From the NCBI GenBank assembly GCA_029953675.1, contig JAMWBK010000011.1:558001-622000 (forward strand): a stretch of DNA of 64,000 nt, read 5' to 3'. This stretch comes from Rhodosorus marinus CCMP1338. Taxonomy: Eukaryota; Plantae; Rhodophyta. Below, one piece after another: positions 34,409-44,693 of this stretch; the stretch's first letter is position 1; each line of letters starts with the position of its first letter. The notes beneath the pieces are model-generated. The model was not told the origin of the DNA and did not search any database. It was given only the letters and a program-made list of their open reading frames with translations. The translations under genes were made by a program, and so were the position numbers.

Positions 34409-34675
34409 TCTGTGGTGACTTGTTTCTATTTCTGTGGGCGGGTTGGTCGTGCAGTGTTCTCTTGCTGAATCGCTCCGGAGAAGGGATGGGAAAGCTTAGG
34501 AGAGGGGTCCGCCGCGTTCGGGCCAGACTCGTGCTCGGCCGTGCACGGCAGCTGGAATGATTTTCTGGGCAGCTGCTAGATCCGCTCTTGGTTCGGGTCT
34601 TGAGAGGTGGAGGGGGGTGGGAGGTGGGTGGTTCTGTCCCATCGATGTCGCGCCTTGGGGCTTTATTTTTTGAGC

Positions 34676-36243
34676 ATGTTTCCACCTGTTCTGGTGGTCC
34701 CGTTGTAGTGCTTGGGCAAGTCCGCAGCAGCTGCCCAGTAAGCCAAGCCGAACGTCCTGTTTATATACATTGATGACAACAGTAACGGTGAACTGCGGGT
34801 GGGCGGTCGTAGATCCGCGGTGGAAAGATCAATTCCGTGAACGAGAAGTTCCACCCGAAGACCCCCATAGTCTCTATGCTCGCACGAGATGGAGTTTACT
34901 TCACCAAGGCGGGGGCAGCTTCGGCGTGTTCTCCGAGTCGGGCCATGTTCTCAACCGGCCGATATGCGAGGCTGACGACGTCGTGGTACAACGGGGATTA
35001 TGGAACCTTCACAAACCGTGAGGGTGAAACTGAGGGCCACGTTCCCCTGTAATTGGCGCCCTGTTACTTGTAGAGCACGTCGCTCAACAAGCTGGGTACA
35101 AAACGTTGTGGACTGAGAAGCCCAGAATGAAGACGCGGACCTGAGCGAGTTTGGATTTGGTGCGGGCTTATTCCTGCCAAAGGCGGCGTTCAAACTCCCA
35201 GCCCGTACAGCCCGGAGTTTGTAATCAGGTCAAGGATTGTGAATGGCAAAACGGAGAATTTCAATGTCGACACCGGGGAGAAAGTGAGCCCCGGAGGCGA
35301 GCGAAGTTACTTCTAGAAGCCGCACATCGACCTGATAAACTTCTCAGGAGCTACCCAGGACTTCACGTACTGGCCGCACGCGGAAGAGCTCCAGGTTGAG
35401 TATGGGTGTTCTACATACGGTCCGGACGTGGAGAGCGAATCTATCATATATTTCATGACGAAAAGCCATGAGGATGAAAAGACGTTCTTCATCTTCCATA
35501 AATCGAAACTAGTGCACATAGCATTCAAAACTTTATCCAACCTGACCAGGGAACGAGCTATCCTCCAACACCTGAGCTAACTTGGGACGAAGCCACACAG
35601 GCATACACGCGCAGAAGTCACCGTCGCAGGTGGCAATGGCGTTTACGAAACGGAGGGGATCAACGACGGAGGCTTCCATCGACACTTGGATTGCGTCGAC
35701 TACATGACATGGCAATATGTAGAACACATGAAGGACTTGGGGGTCATGGACAACACCATCATCATCCTCGCTTCTGACAACGGGACTACACACTGGGGTA
35801 AGGCCCGTAGGTCAAAGCAGAGCGGCACTAGCATCCCGATGGTCATCTACGTCGTGGGATGCAACTCACAAAGCAAGGAAGATTGGACGTGATGGTGCAT
35901 GTGGTAGATATGCTGCCAACGTTTGCCGACATCATGGGAGCTAAGGACTTACTTGAACAGTCATTGAAGTAAAAGAGACACGGTGGCCGTACCTGACTAC
36001 GACCAAAACTACACATCGAATCGTGCCGTACTCGTACCTTCGCGATCTCCAAATCATCCGAGGAAAGCTCGTGATGCGAGATGCTAACGAGAACTGGAGG
36101 AAGGTTAACGAGGAAGTCAATGACTATGACTCGTACCCACAGATCACAGACCGGAGCACCCTTGCAGCCAAATACCGAACCGAGAGGGACAGTCTCGTAC
36201 GAATCATGTACGGGTCTATGAGACCGAACGTGATTATGTCTGA
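34676..36243 (+). pseudogene. Inverted, degraded clade B sulfatase pseudogene (B2-like)
   Basis: Collinear homology from MFPPVLVVPL*CLGKSAAAAQ*AKPNVLFIYIDD through ACSPSRAMFSTGRY and NTIIILASDNG to YETERDYV*. Multiple stops and frameshifts. Confidence 0.93.
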
Positions 36244-36705
36244 GGACTTCAGGGTAGTTAGTTGACCAAGGAATCGAAGGACTACCTATTAAGAGGAACA
36301 GGCTACATTTCAAAGAGGTCCAGCCCAGACAAACACAATATCCACGCTCTTTGCTTTTCGACCCGTCACAAGGGGCGGGTGGCGAAAAGAAGCGCTAACC
36401 TCAGCCGGATGCGAGAGCGGGTTCTAAACAATAACGAAAAAAGTTCTGCTCCGGACTATCGCATCGCATGACGCTCATAGCCAGCTGAGACCGCGCAAAA
36501 GCTTGCGGTTCCGGCCCCCACCGAGCCTAGTCCGCCGCCCTTTGCACCAAATGCGCTGCGTAACCTCAATCAGAAAGTCTTTGGCGGCTTCCTGAGTCGG
36601 CTCAACTCCTCCAAAATGAAGGGGATAGAAGATAACGACATTGTGATCTGCCAGAGCATCTCGACTTTGCGCGCGCTCTGGCAGCTTCAGCTAGGTCTTC
36701 ATCTC

Positions 36706-37257
36706 CTAGCAAAACGGACGCAACATGCTTGGTAAACCTAAGGGATTGGACTTGCTGCACATCTCCCGTAGTGGTTTGTACATGACTGGATTCCACCGCA
36801 CAGCTATACAATAATATGCCGTGCCCCTAACGTCCATTCTCCCCGGAGGCACAGGGACCAGTGCGGCGGTGTCGGACCATCATGTCTGATCGGTGTCGAC
36901 TTACCATAAAAACTTGCTGCGGTTGCAGTAGCGTACACCCCACATTAGGATGGTGTGCAGCGAGCTCATCCGTCCGGATAGGTCTAGCACGTTCGGTGCT
37001 TGGACACGAAGACCTGAACCAGTCCAATAATCCACTGTTTCCAAATAGTCGCCGGTTTTTAGGTCTTCATCTACAATCTAATAATAATTACTGACACTCC
37101 AAGAAACACTCCAAAAGGTCTTTCCTTGAACATTATTACGTCTTACGCTCCTACTCCCCATTTGCTTCGGCAGGATCTCCATGCCCAACTCGAGCACCTC
37201 CACACCCACGAGAATTTTCAGCGGAGTGGTCAGCGACAAGAACTCGGAAGGGAACAT
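36706..37257 (-). CDS. Putative small three-exon gene (109-134 aa), unknown function
   Basis: Exons 37257(or 37182)-37147, 37077-36905 and 36826-36706 join in frame through two GTAAG...TAG introns of 69 and 78 nt. No family recognised. Confidence 0.3.
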
Positions 37258-37273
37258 ATTTGCGTCGAATTCA

Positions 37274-38899
37274 TCACACTGGTCCTTCGTAGTCATGTTC
37301 AGTATCGTAGACGTCAAACTCTTTCAATACACGCCTCAGATACTCTCGCTCTTTTCGATATTTTGGCGGCAGGGAACCCCAGTTCCTAATCCTCGGATAT
37401 GAGTCGTAGTCGTCCACCTCCACGTCAACTTTCCACCAGTTTTTATCCGCATCGCGCATCACCAGCTTGCCTCTGATTATCTGCAATCCTCCGATGTAGG
37501 AGTAGACGTATCTCCGATGCACCTCAACCCCCTTCGTCAGATACGGCCACAGGCTCTTCCCATGGGCCTTGTAGGATTTGGGCTCTTCAAGCGCCTCGGG
37601 TATCCCCATCATGTCCGCAAAGGTAGGCAGCATGTCGACCACATGCATAAGAACGTCTTGCCGGCCTTTCTTGGTGAGCCTGAGACCCGGTGCCCACATA
37701 AGGAACGGTATGTGCGGGCCCCTCTGTTTCCTTCCGACGTGCTTGCCCCAGTCCGCTGTTCCATTGTCCCCCGCGAAGACGAAGATGGTGTTCTTCAGAG
37801 TTCCGATTTTCTTAAGCTGCTCGATGTACTGCCAGATCATGTAGTCGAGGTACTCGATGTGGCGGTGAAGGCCGCCGTTGTTGATGCCCGTTGCAGAGTA
37901 CTTTCCCTTGATGCCCTTGATGGTGACCTTGGACCTCACATACCGACCCTCCTTAGCTATCCACTTGAGCTTTGGCGTGGGCGGCCACACGTTCTCTTCC
38001 TTCGGATTGAGAAAGTTGAACGCCTTGTGTCCGAGTTTGGAGTTGTGGAAGACAAAGAAGGGCTTCTTCTGCTGCTTGCTTCGGACCATGAAGCGTTTGA
38101 TGAGGTTTGCCTCCACGTCAGGACCGTACGTGGACGTGCCATAGTCTCGCCTGGTTGGTTCAGAATGGGGCCAGAGGGTGAAATCTTTCTTCACGCCGGG
38201 AAAGTTCATCAGCTGGATGTGCGGTTTCCAGAAGAAGCTGCGTTCGTTTCCGTTTGATTCCATCACCTCGTCGCCGCTGTCCATGTTGATGCGCTTTTTC
38301 GTCCCGTTCTTCTGAGTCACCCTTCCGACCCGAAACGACGAGTATTTGCTTGGCGGATCGATCGACGGGTTTGGAACGAATACGCCCTCGTCGAAGCCAA
38401 ACTCCCTCAGGTCGGCATCCTTCATTCCGGGCTTCCCAGCCCACAAAGTCTTATACCCAGCCCTCTGAGCGAGATGCCCGAGAAGCATTGGTGACGACAC
38501 GTGCAAAGGAACAATGGGGTTCTTCTTCCCCTTGGCATCGACATAGGATCCATAGTCCCTGTTGTACCACCACTTGGTCATCGTCGCGAAACGGCCGGTT
38601 AATAGCATGGCCCGACTTGGAGAGCAAACAGGCGCAGCCCAAGCCTTTGTAAAATATACACCATTCTTCGCGAACTTGTCCAGCATCGGAGTGTATGCCA
38701 GAAACTCCCGATCCTTCGAGTGCACGCTCTCAGGCGCCGCCCAAGTCGGCGCCTTGTACGCCCGGATCTCACGTGGACTGATGTCGTCTCCATAAATAAA
38801 CACGATGTTCGGCTTGATGTCCCGAGCCGTAATACCATCCGGTCCCAGCAGCAACACTGCCACAACGGAGATGACAAACAAGGCCCAACTGCTACCCAT
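37274..38899 (-). CDS. Secreted S1-family sulfatase, clade B copy B3 (541 aa, Lys/Arg-rich)
   Basis: ATG at 38899 (MGSSWALFVISVVAVLLLGPDGITA); motifs NIVFIYGDD, APVCSPSRAMLLTGRF, AGKPG, AGDNG. Confidence 0.92.
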   Translation of the reverse strand: MGSSWALFVISVVAVLLLGPDGITARDIKPNIVFIYGDDISPREIRAYKAPTWAAPESVHSKDREFLAYTPMLDKFAKNGVYFTKAWAAPVCSPSRAMLLTGRFATMTKWWYNRDYGSYVDAKGKKNPIVPLHVSSPMLLGHLAQRAGYKTLWAGKPGMKDADLREFGFDEGVFVPNPSIDPPSKYSSFRVGRVTQKNGTKKRINMDSGDEVMESNGNERSFFWKPHIQLMNFPGVKKDFTLWPHSEPTRRDYGTSTYGPDVEANLIKRFMVRSKQQKKPFFVFHNSKLGHKAFNFLNPKEENVWPPTPKLKWIAKEGRYVRSKVTIKGIKGKYSATGINNGGLHRHIEYLDYMIWQYIEQLKKIGTLKNTIFVFAGDNGTADWGKHVGRKQRGPHIPFLMWAPGLRLTKKGRQDVLMHVVDMLPTFADMMGIPEALEEPKSYKAHGKSLWPYLTKGVEVHRRYVYSYIGGLQIIRGKLVMRDADKNWWKVDVEVDDYDSYPRIRNWGSLPPKYRKEREYLRRVLKEFDVYDTEHDYEGPV

Positions 38900-41268
38900 G
38901 TTCCTGTACCCCACTCCTCCACGGGCGCAAAACCGCACAGTCGAAATCCCCGTCAAAAATTCCGGACTCGTGCCCAAAGAGCCAAGGCCAGAGAAAGCCC
39001 TGAAGGACTCCGGTTCAAAGCTTCTCTACCGACCCGTGGATATCTCAAGCAATTCCCAGCCCGCCTCCCGCCAAAAACCACCACTCGCTTCAACGCTTAA
39101 AAGGAAGAGTCCTAAGCCGCTTCCCCTGGCTTTTCCCGCAAAAATTTGATCCGACGAACAGTCCTGGTAAACAGCAAACCTGCCTACTACAGACTCACAA
39201 GCGAAGTGCTTGCTCTAAGTCGCTCTTCATTACCTCTTCCAAAAGCTCTTAGAGCTCCGCTTAGGAAGATTCGTCTTCAGTAAACCAACTTCCGAAGGTC
39301 AGATCCGCTCAGAAAGTTGAGTCGTCAGATAAGCACCCAGGTCTCCTCCAGTCTGGGGTAAAGTGTACGCGGTTACGTAGGTCTTCAGTGAACACCAAGC
39401 TTTACTCCAATCGTGAAGTTGGTCTTCATTAAACACCCACTTATCCTTCAGTCGGGAGCTTACTCCTTAATAGACTCTACAAGGTCCGCCAAAGTCTCTC
39501 TTCAGTTAGTCCTCATTGTCCATCTAGGTCTCTTCAGTGCCATGATGTCCACCTCTCCTCCACGCCATAAGATCGTCTTCCAAATGTTTGGCAAAACACC
39601 TTTCAAAATTGTCCATTTTTTTTTGTAAGCACATTCAAAAATTTTAGTTTGTTTTACGAAAGAAAATAAGAAGGTTCGGAACCGGTCCGTTCTGGGACTG
39701 TCCAGAGTTTTCAAATGTACTCACATGTTCTAGCCAGTACGAACCCTCGTTGCTGGCTTGGGTAACCCGACCTCTCCTGCCGGGGAATCCGACTGAGGAG
39801 GTCTCGTACGCACTTCCCGTCCGCGTCCGATTGTAACGTGTTTCTCTTCTTGTAAGGGTGAAACAACCTGATCATCATCAGCTTGGGACGTGCTAAGGGA
39901 TCTTCGGGGGGGAGGCGGATGAACGAAGGTAGCAGGTTTTCGTTGCCAAAGGGGATTTTTCCGGTTAGCAAAACATGAGAAGGGACGATGCGATATGGGT
40001 CACCTTACCTAGGTGACACCTCAGAATGGATTGCTAACTTGGCGCATGGATTGAGGAAACTCTCACCAGCGGGCGGATGGGAGAGGTTCATCAGATCAGA
40101 GCGAGGTTGGCGGTTTTCGTTGGAATCACAGTAAGGGGTAGGGCCTCTCCGCTGGTAGAGAAAGATGCCGCAACAGTCCACCTGCAAAAAGTATCGCGCC
40201 ACGAGCGCTCGCCATGCAAAAGTACTTTTGCTCTATCCAAGATAAGATTCTCTTGCTCTTAGTTATGGACACCATGTTGTCAATATGTAGGAACTTCTAT
40301 CTATATTAAGAATAATATTGATATTCGAGAACTTTTCAAGCAGTTGTATCATCGTGAAGAGTTAAGATGTAGTACCAATTAAGACTAGATACAGAGACTA
40401 TATATCATATTAATGATATTATTGAGATATTTGCCTTAATATTCTATAGTTAGATAGTACCGGTGCTAATATAGATACAATATTTCTATATTTGTTCTTT
40501 GTCCGCAAAAAGTGAGGGAGAAAGTTTCTAGATAAAACTGAGTTTTTAGGACCGCTCGGAAGGAGTTTTGCGTCTATTTTCTAAATATTTGCTTGTTTTT
40601 ATCTATATTAAGAATAGTATGAACCTGAGCGGTTTTTAAGCATAATATCGATAGCTATTTTTTCAAGATGTAGTATTGATAGAGACTAGATATATGACGT
40701 ATATATCATCTTGTGAAAATATTCAGGCCCGTGATGCTAATATTGTATATTTTGATATTCTCTAGTACTAATGTAGGAATATACGTTCTATATTTATGAT
40801 CGCAGTACGCCTTGGCGTGTGGATCTGGGCACGACGCGGTTTGTAGGGGGGAACAAGAAGGAGAGGGTCTGCAAGACGAAAGCCTGGCTATCTAATATGT
40901 ATTCTCTATAGCAATAAAATCTTCGCAGTTTCTAGTTTGTCAACCGCCCTCACCCCCTTCCTCCTTCTCGGATCAGTTTTCTTGGTCTTGACATATGTGG
41001 CTTTCGCTGGAAAGCAAGGGGCCCACGCCGCGGAGGGTTACTAGCAGCCCGTTCATTTGAACCAGAGAACTGTAAACGGTTTTGTCCGGGAGTAAACAGT
41101 TTACGATCATGAGAATCCGTGCTTAACCCCGCCGCCGCCCCGACGTTGGCAGAAACTCCTTGAATCGGCCTGGCTAAGAGTGGTCCGCAGTTGGGCTCGT
41201 GGTGGACGCGACGAGAACCAAGCTGCTCAACGAAAGGCGCCTCCTTTTGGCTTTTGTGTTTCAGCACG

Positions 41269-41948
41269 ATGATGTTTTCGCGAGATCCCGTGGTTCTTAA
41301 ATTCATCAAGAAGATCTCGGTTCACAACGATGAAGTCGCCGCGAGGAAGGTTGTTCAGGAGGCATTCTTTATGCTGAAGACCAAGTATGGGGTAGCAAAG
41401 TACGTCTTGATAACGAACCTTTCTTTTCGATCTATTCTTTGTTTGCTTCTTTGGACCTGGAAGTTCACCTGCATTTTGATTCCAAACTTAATTGGTGAAG
41501 CTATTTCCCCTCCGCGCAGTCCAGTGGAGTGTCTCCGTCAAGGCCTCAAGGAGTGTTCTCCGGCGGTCCTCACGAAGAGGCGTGTTGTGGCTGGAAGAAC
41601 TCTTAATATTCCCGTGCCTTGCGACGAACGTCAAGGGCGGAAGAAAGGCTTAATTTTTCTAAGGTAAGTCGTAGTTTTTCGTTGTTCGATCCCGACACCC
41701 AACAGGCCTTCGCCGCTTGCCTTCGTCCGCGCAGAGCCCTTAAAACACCTTTTCGGTTTCGGACCCTTTTCAGAGAAGGCTTTCGAGAACGACGAGAATC
41801 TACCGCTGCGGAGAGACTATGTAAAGAGCTGTTGGCTCTCCAGAAAATGGAAGGGAACTCCATCAATATGCGCGACAACTTACATAGACTGGCAGAGTCC
41901 AACCGTGCGTTTGTTCATTTCCTCTCTCGGGCGAAGTCGAGAAGGTAA
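41269..41948 (+). CDS. rps7: Nuclear-encoded organellar (probably mitochondrial) ribosomal protein uS7; 2 introns; 5' end uncertain
   Basis: Splicing out 41400-41519 and about 41663-41773 gives ..DPVVLKFIKKI..ANPVECLRQGLKECSPAVLTKRRVVAGRTLNIPVP..AERLCKELL..RDNLHRLAESNRAFVHF. This matches the bacterial-type S7 pattern (RRVGGATYQVP; HRMAEANKAFAH). Confidence 0.8.
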
Positions 41949-42162
41949 CCCCTTTGACGACATAATAACTAGACCGGAGGAGCCAGTAGATGTGTTTGTT
42001 ACTAAGGATGGGTCCTAAGCGACAAGTCTTGAAGGCAAAGCCGTCACTCTCTCTAGTTCCAACGCGGATCGCGTCTGTGTGAAGTGTGACGTGAAGCACG
42101 TGGACGGAGGATTTTGAATAAGGACAAAGAAGGTGATTTATTAAAAAACAATGTGCAGATTG

Positions 42163-42700
42163 TTAACCCTCGCAGCCGCAGCTTCCCCATCGCCCGTCTA
42201 AACTAGAGACATCGCAAGCAAACAGTGGTTTCCGATTCCGCTTGTTAACTTCGTTGTGAGCTCGGCATGTCCAGATCAGCAGTTCATTCCTAGAGGAGCA
42301 ACTTGAGTGTTGTTTTAAAAGAGAATGTTTTGGAGGAAAAGTTTCAGCTCCTGGAAACGGTTAGAGCATCGATTGGCTCTGTTTGCTCTACTCACTTGGG
42401 AGGGTTGTCTGCCACAAACTGGGCGAAATGCTCGCGGCATTCCAAACAAGGATAGAGCTTGGCGATGGCGTGAATCAAGTTACAAGCATGTTCCTCTGCT
42501 CCAGTAGCCTCAACCTGAAGGTTTGCTGCTAGAGTGTGAATCGCTGTCCAGTAGGCGTTGCCCATTTCCTCCTTTGTCGGCGGCTTCTCGCCTTGAATCA
42601 AAGTCCATATTCCGCTGTAGAGGACTAGGATCGTAACAGTCGTTCCTATAGCGAAGCCATAGAGTACTTGAATATTAATGGACCGCTTAAGCTTCAGCAT
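42163..42700 (-). CDS. ERV/ALR-family FAD sulfhydryl oxidase, Erv2-like (N-terminal TM, C-terminal CGC); 1 intron
   Basis: GNAYWTAIHTLAA, YPCLECREHF, then after splicing W.CRAHNEVNKR..KPLFAC and a terminal WGSCGCEG*. Confidence 0.85.
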
Positions 42701-42971
42701 CCTTCCCGCTGCACTCAAGCCGTTCCTATCCCTTTAACCCCCCATGTTCGATTGCTGCTTCCTCTCTTTCAGATTGCATGGTGTGCGCATATATCCAGAC
42801 ACGGAAAAGCTAGCCTGACAATTACACTAGCACTTAAAAGCGAATAGAGATAAGGGGCAGTAGCTCTTCAGTATCTCTACGCTAAAATGCTCTTGCGAGC
42901 TTACCACAACTGGTGAAATTCAAAGATATATTTGAACTATATAGTTTGATAAAAACACGTTTCCTGTGATT

Positions 42972-43043
42972 GGGAGATTGGTCTAGTGGTATGATTCTCG
43001 CTTCGGGTGCGAGAGGTCCCGGGTTCGATTCCCGGATCTCCCC
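42972..43043 (+). tRNA. tRNA-Pro (anticodon CGG)
   Basis: GGGAGAT/ATCTCCC acceptor stem, D-arm TGGTCTAGTGGTATGA, anticodon arm CTCGC-TTCGGGT-GCGAG, T-loop GTTCGATTC, followed by a T6 Pol III terminator. Confidence 0.97.
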
Positions 43044-43664
43044 CGATTCTTTTTTGGCTTTCGGTTTTTCCTTGCGAAAGTGGAGCTGGTCTGTGCTTCT
43101 TACCCCTCAATCATATGAACAACGATGTATCTTGTGACTACGCGGGCATCTTTTGAGTCTATGACTGGCAGTGACGTTCCCCTGGACTAGGAATGTTCAC
43201 TCTGATCCGCTTTGCGGAATGTCGACTTCTACTCTCCTAGGCTATCTGCCAAGCTGTCTCCGAAAGCGAAATTCTTCCGTCCATTTTTACGAGGATGCCG
43301 ATGAGAAGGAAGTTAATATCCTACCCTTCTCCTCAGCGTCTTATTGACTATGAGGACCGTTCTCTCGAATCTTGAGCTGCAATCGCTCTCTTAACTTCCA
43401 CTCTGACACTTTTCGCTCCAACAGAGCTCGAGTTTGTTATGGCTTGGATACCACGTTGGTAGAAAACAACATCGCAAGGATTGAGGGGCCAATCTGTCGT
43501 CAACCTCTTATGGAAAGCACACGCGCATGCAAGTGATTCCCGATTCCCGAAATAACGAGGCTTCCCTACGCTCGTCCGCTTCTTTCTGAGACATATCACT
43601 CTCCATTTTCGAACGACATTTACATATTTTAATATCATCTAACACCCCAATAAGCGTACGAAGT

Positions 43665-44693
43665 TCACTTGAAGCTAGGAACTGCCTGGTCGACAGACGG
43701 CGATCGCTTCTTGGCCTCTACCATCTCTTCATTGGATGATCTCACACGCTTCTTTCCAGGCATCGGAGTAGCATTCGCGGACATGGTCTTCGGCTTCGGC
43801 GCGAACCATTGATGCAGCGCATTCTCACCAGCCAAAGATCCATCGTAGTTCAGGAAGGCATCCCGGGCTGCAGCAAACTCGCTCTGAGCGACATTGATTT
43901 TCCAGTCAACGGCCCCCAGGAAGTCGGTCTGCTCCTTTCCAAAGTTGAAGCTCGGGCCGAGAAGATCCTTCAGCTCTCGCGAGGTCTGACCAGCAAACTC
44001 CTCTGAGAGCAAAACGGAGAAGTAGCAGGAGATAGACAAAACACACTCCCACTTCTGCGGCCTCGCCCAGTCATCGTGACTCACCAGCGCCCCGTTGGCA
44101 TGAAGGTACTTACGGAACAGGTTAACCATTATGACGTGCTCATCTGCACTAAGCTCCAAATACTCGGCAAGGAGCTGGAACCACTTCTCAACGGTTTGTT
44201 GGGGAAGTCCAACGTTCATGTTGATGACCTTTGCGACGAATTCCCTCACGCCAGCACCCACACGGGCAGCGTCCTCGACCGGAACTGAGTCCGCGCCCAT
44301 CTCACGCGCCCCGTTCCACCTCTCAATCCAGTTTCCCCTCCTCCTGGGAGTCTCAAACCTCGGCCTCAGCCTCAGCTTAGCATTCTCAAGCTCTTTATTT
44401 TCGACCGGGTGGAGCGGCTGGTGCGGCACGTGCACCTGCACAGGCGCAGGTGCAAAGACCGGCACGCAGTTATCCGCCGGGTACATCCCCGCCGGCACCA
44501 TACCCTGCACCGGAACCGCCGCCACCGGCATTTTCTGCATGGGCATTTTCTGCATGCCCATGTCCCCATACACCCCGAACTCTTGCTGAACGTATTTGTA
44601 CGGAGCAGCAGCAGCAAACCCGGGATTCGCAGCGACTATAGACGGCACCGCCGCCTCCTCCATCACCCCCCCGGGCACCACCTGGTACTCCAT
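43665..44693 (-). CDS. Hypothetical protein with a low-complexity N-terminus and a possible cyclin-like helical domain (342 aa)
   Basis: Long GC-rich intronless ORF with ATG at 44693. FGKEQTDFLGAVDWKINV resembles the end of a cyclin box (E..FL..L.W.L.V). Family call is tentative. Confidence 0.65.
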   Translation of the reverse strand: MEYQVVPGGVMEEAAVPSIVAANPGFAAAAPYKYVQQEFGVYGDMGMQKMPMQKMPVAAVPVQGMVPAGMYPADNCVPVFAPAPVQVHVPHQPLHPVENKELENAKLRLRPRFETPRRRGNWIERWNGAREMGADSVPVEDAARVGAGVREFVAKVINMNVGLPQQTVEKWFQLLAEYLELSADEHVIMVNLFRKYLHANGALVSHDDWARPQKWECVLSISCYFSVLLSEEFAGQTSRELKDLLGPSFNFGKEQTDFLGAVDWKINVAQSEFAAARDAFLNYDGSLAGENALHQWFAPKPKTMSANATPMPGKKRVRSSNEEMVEAKKRSPSVDQAVPSFK

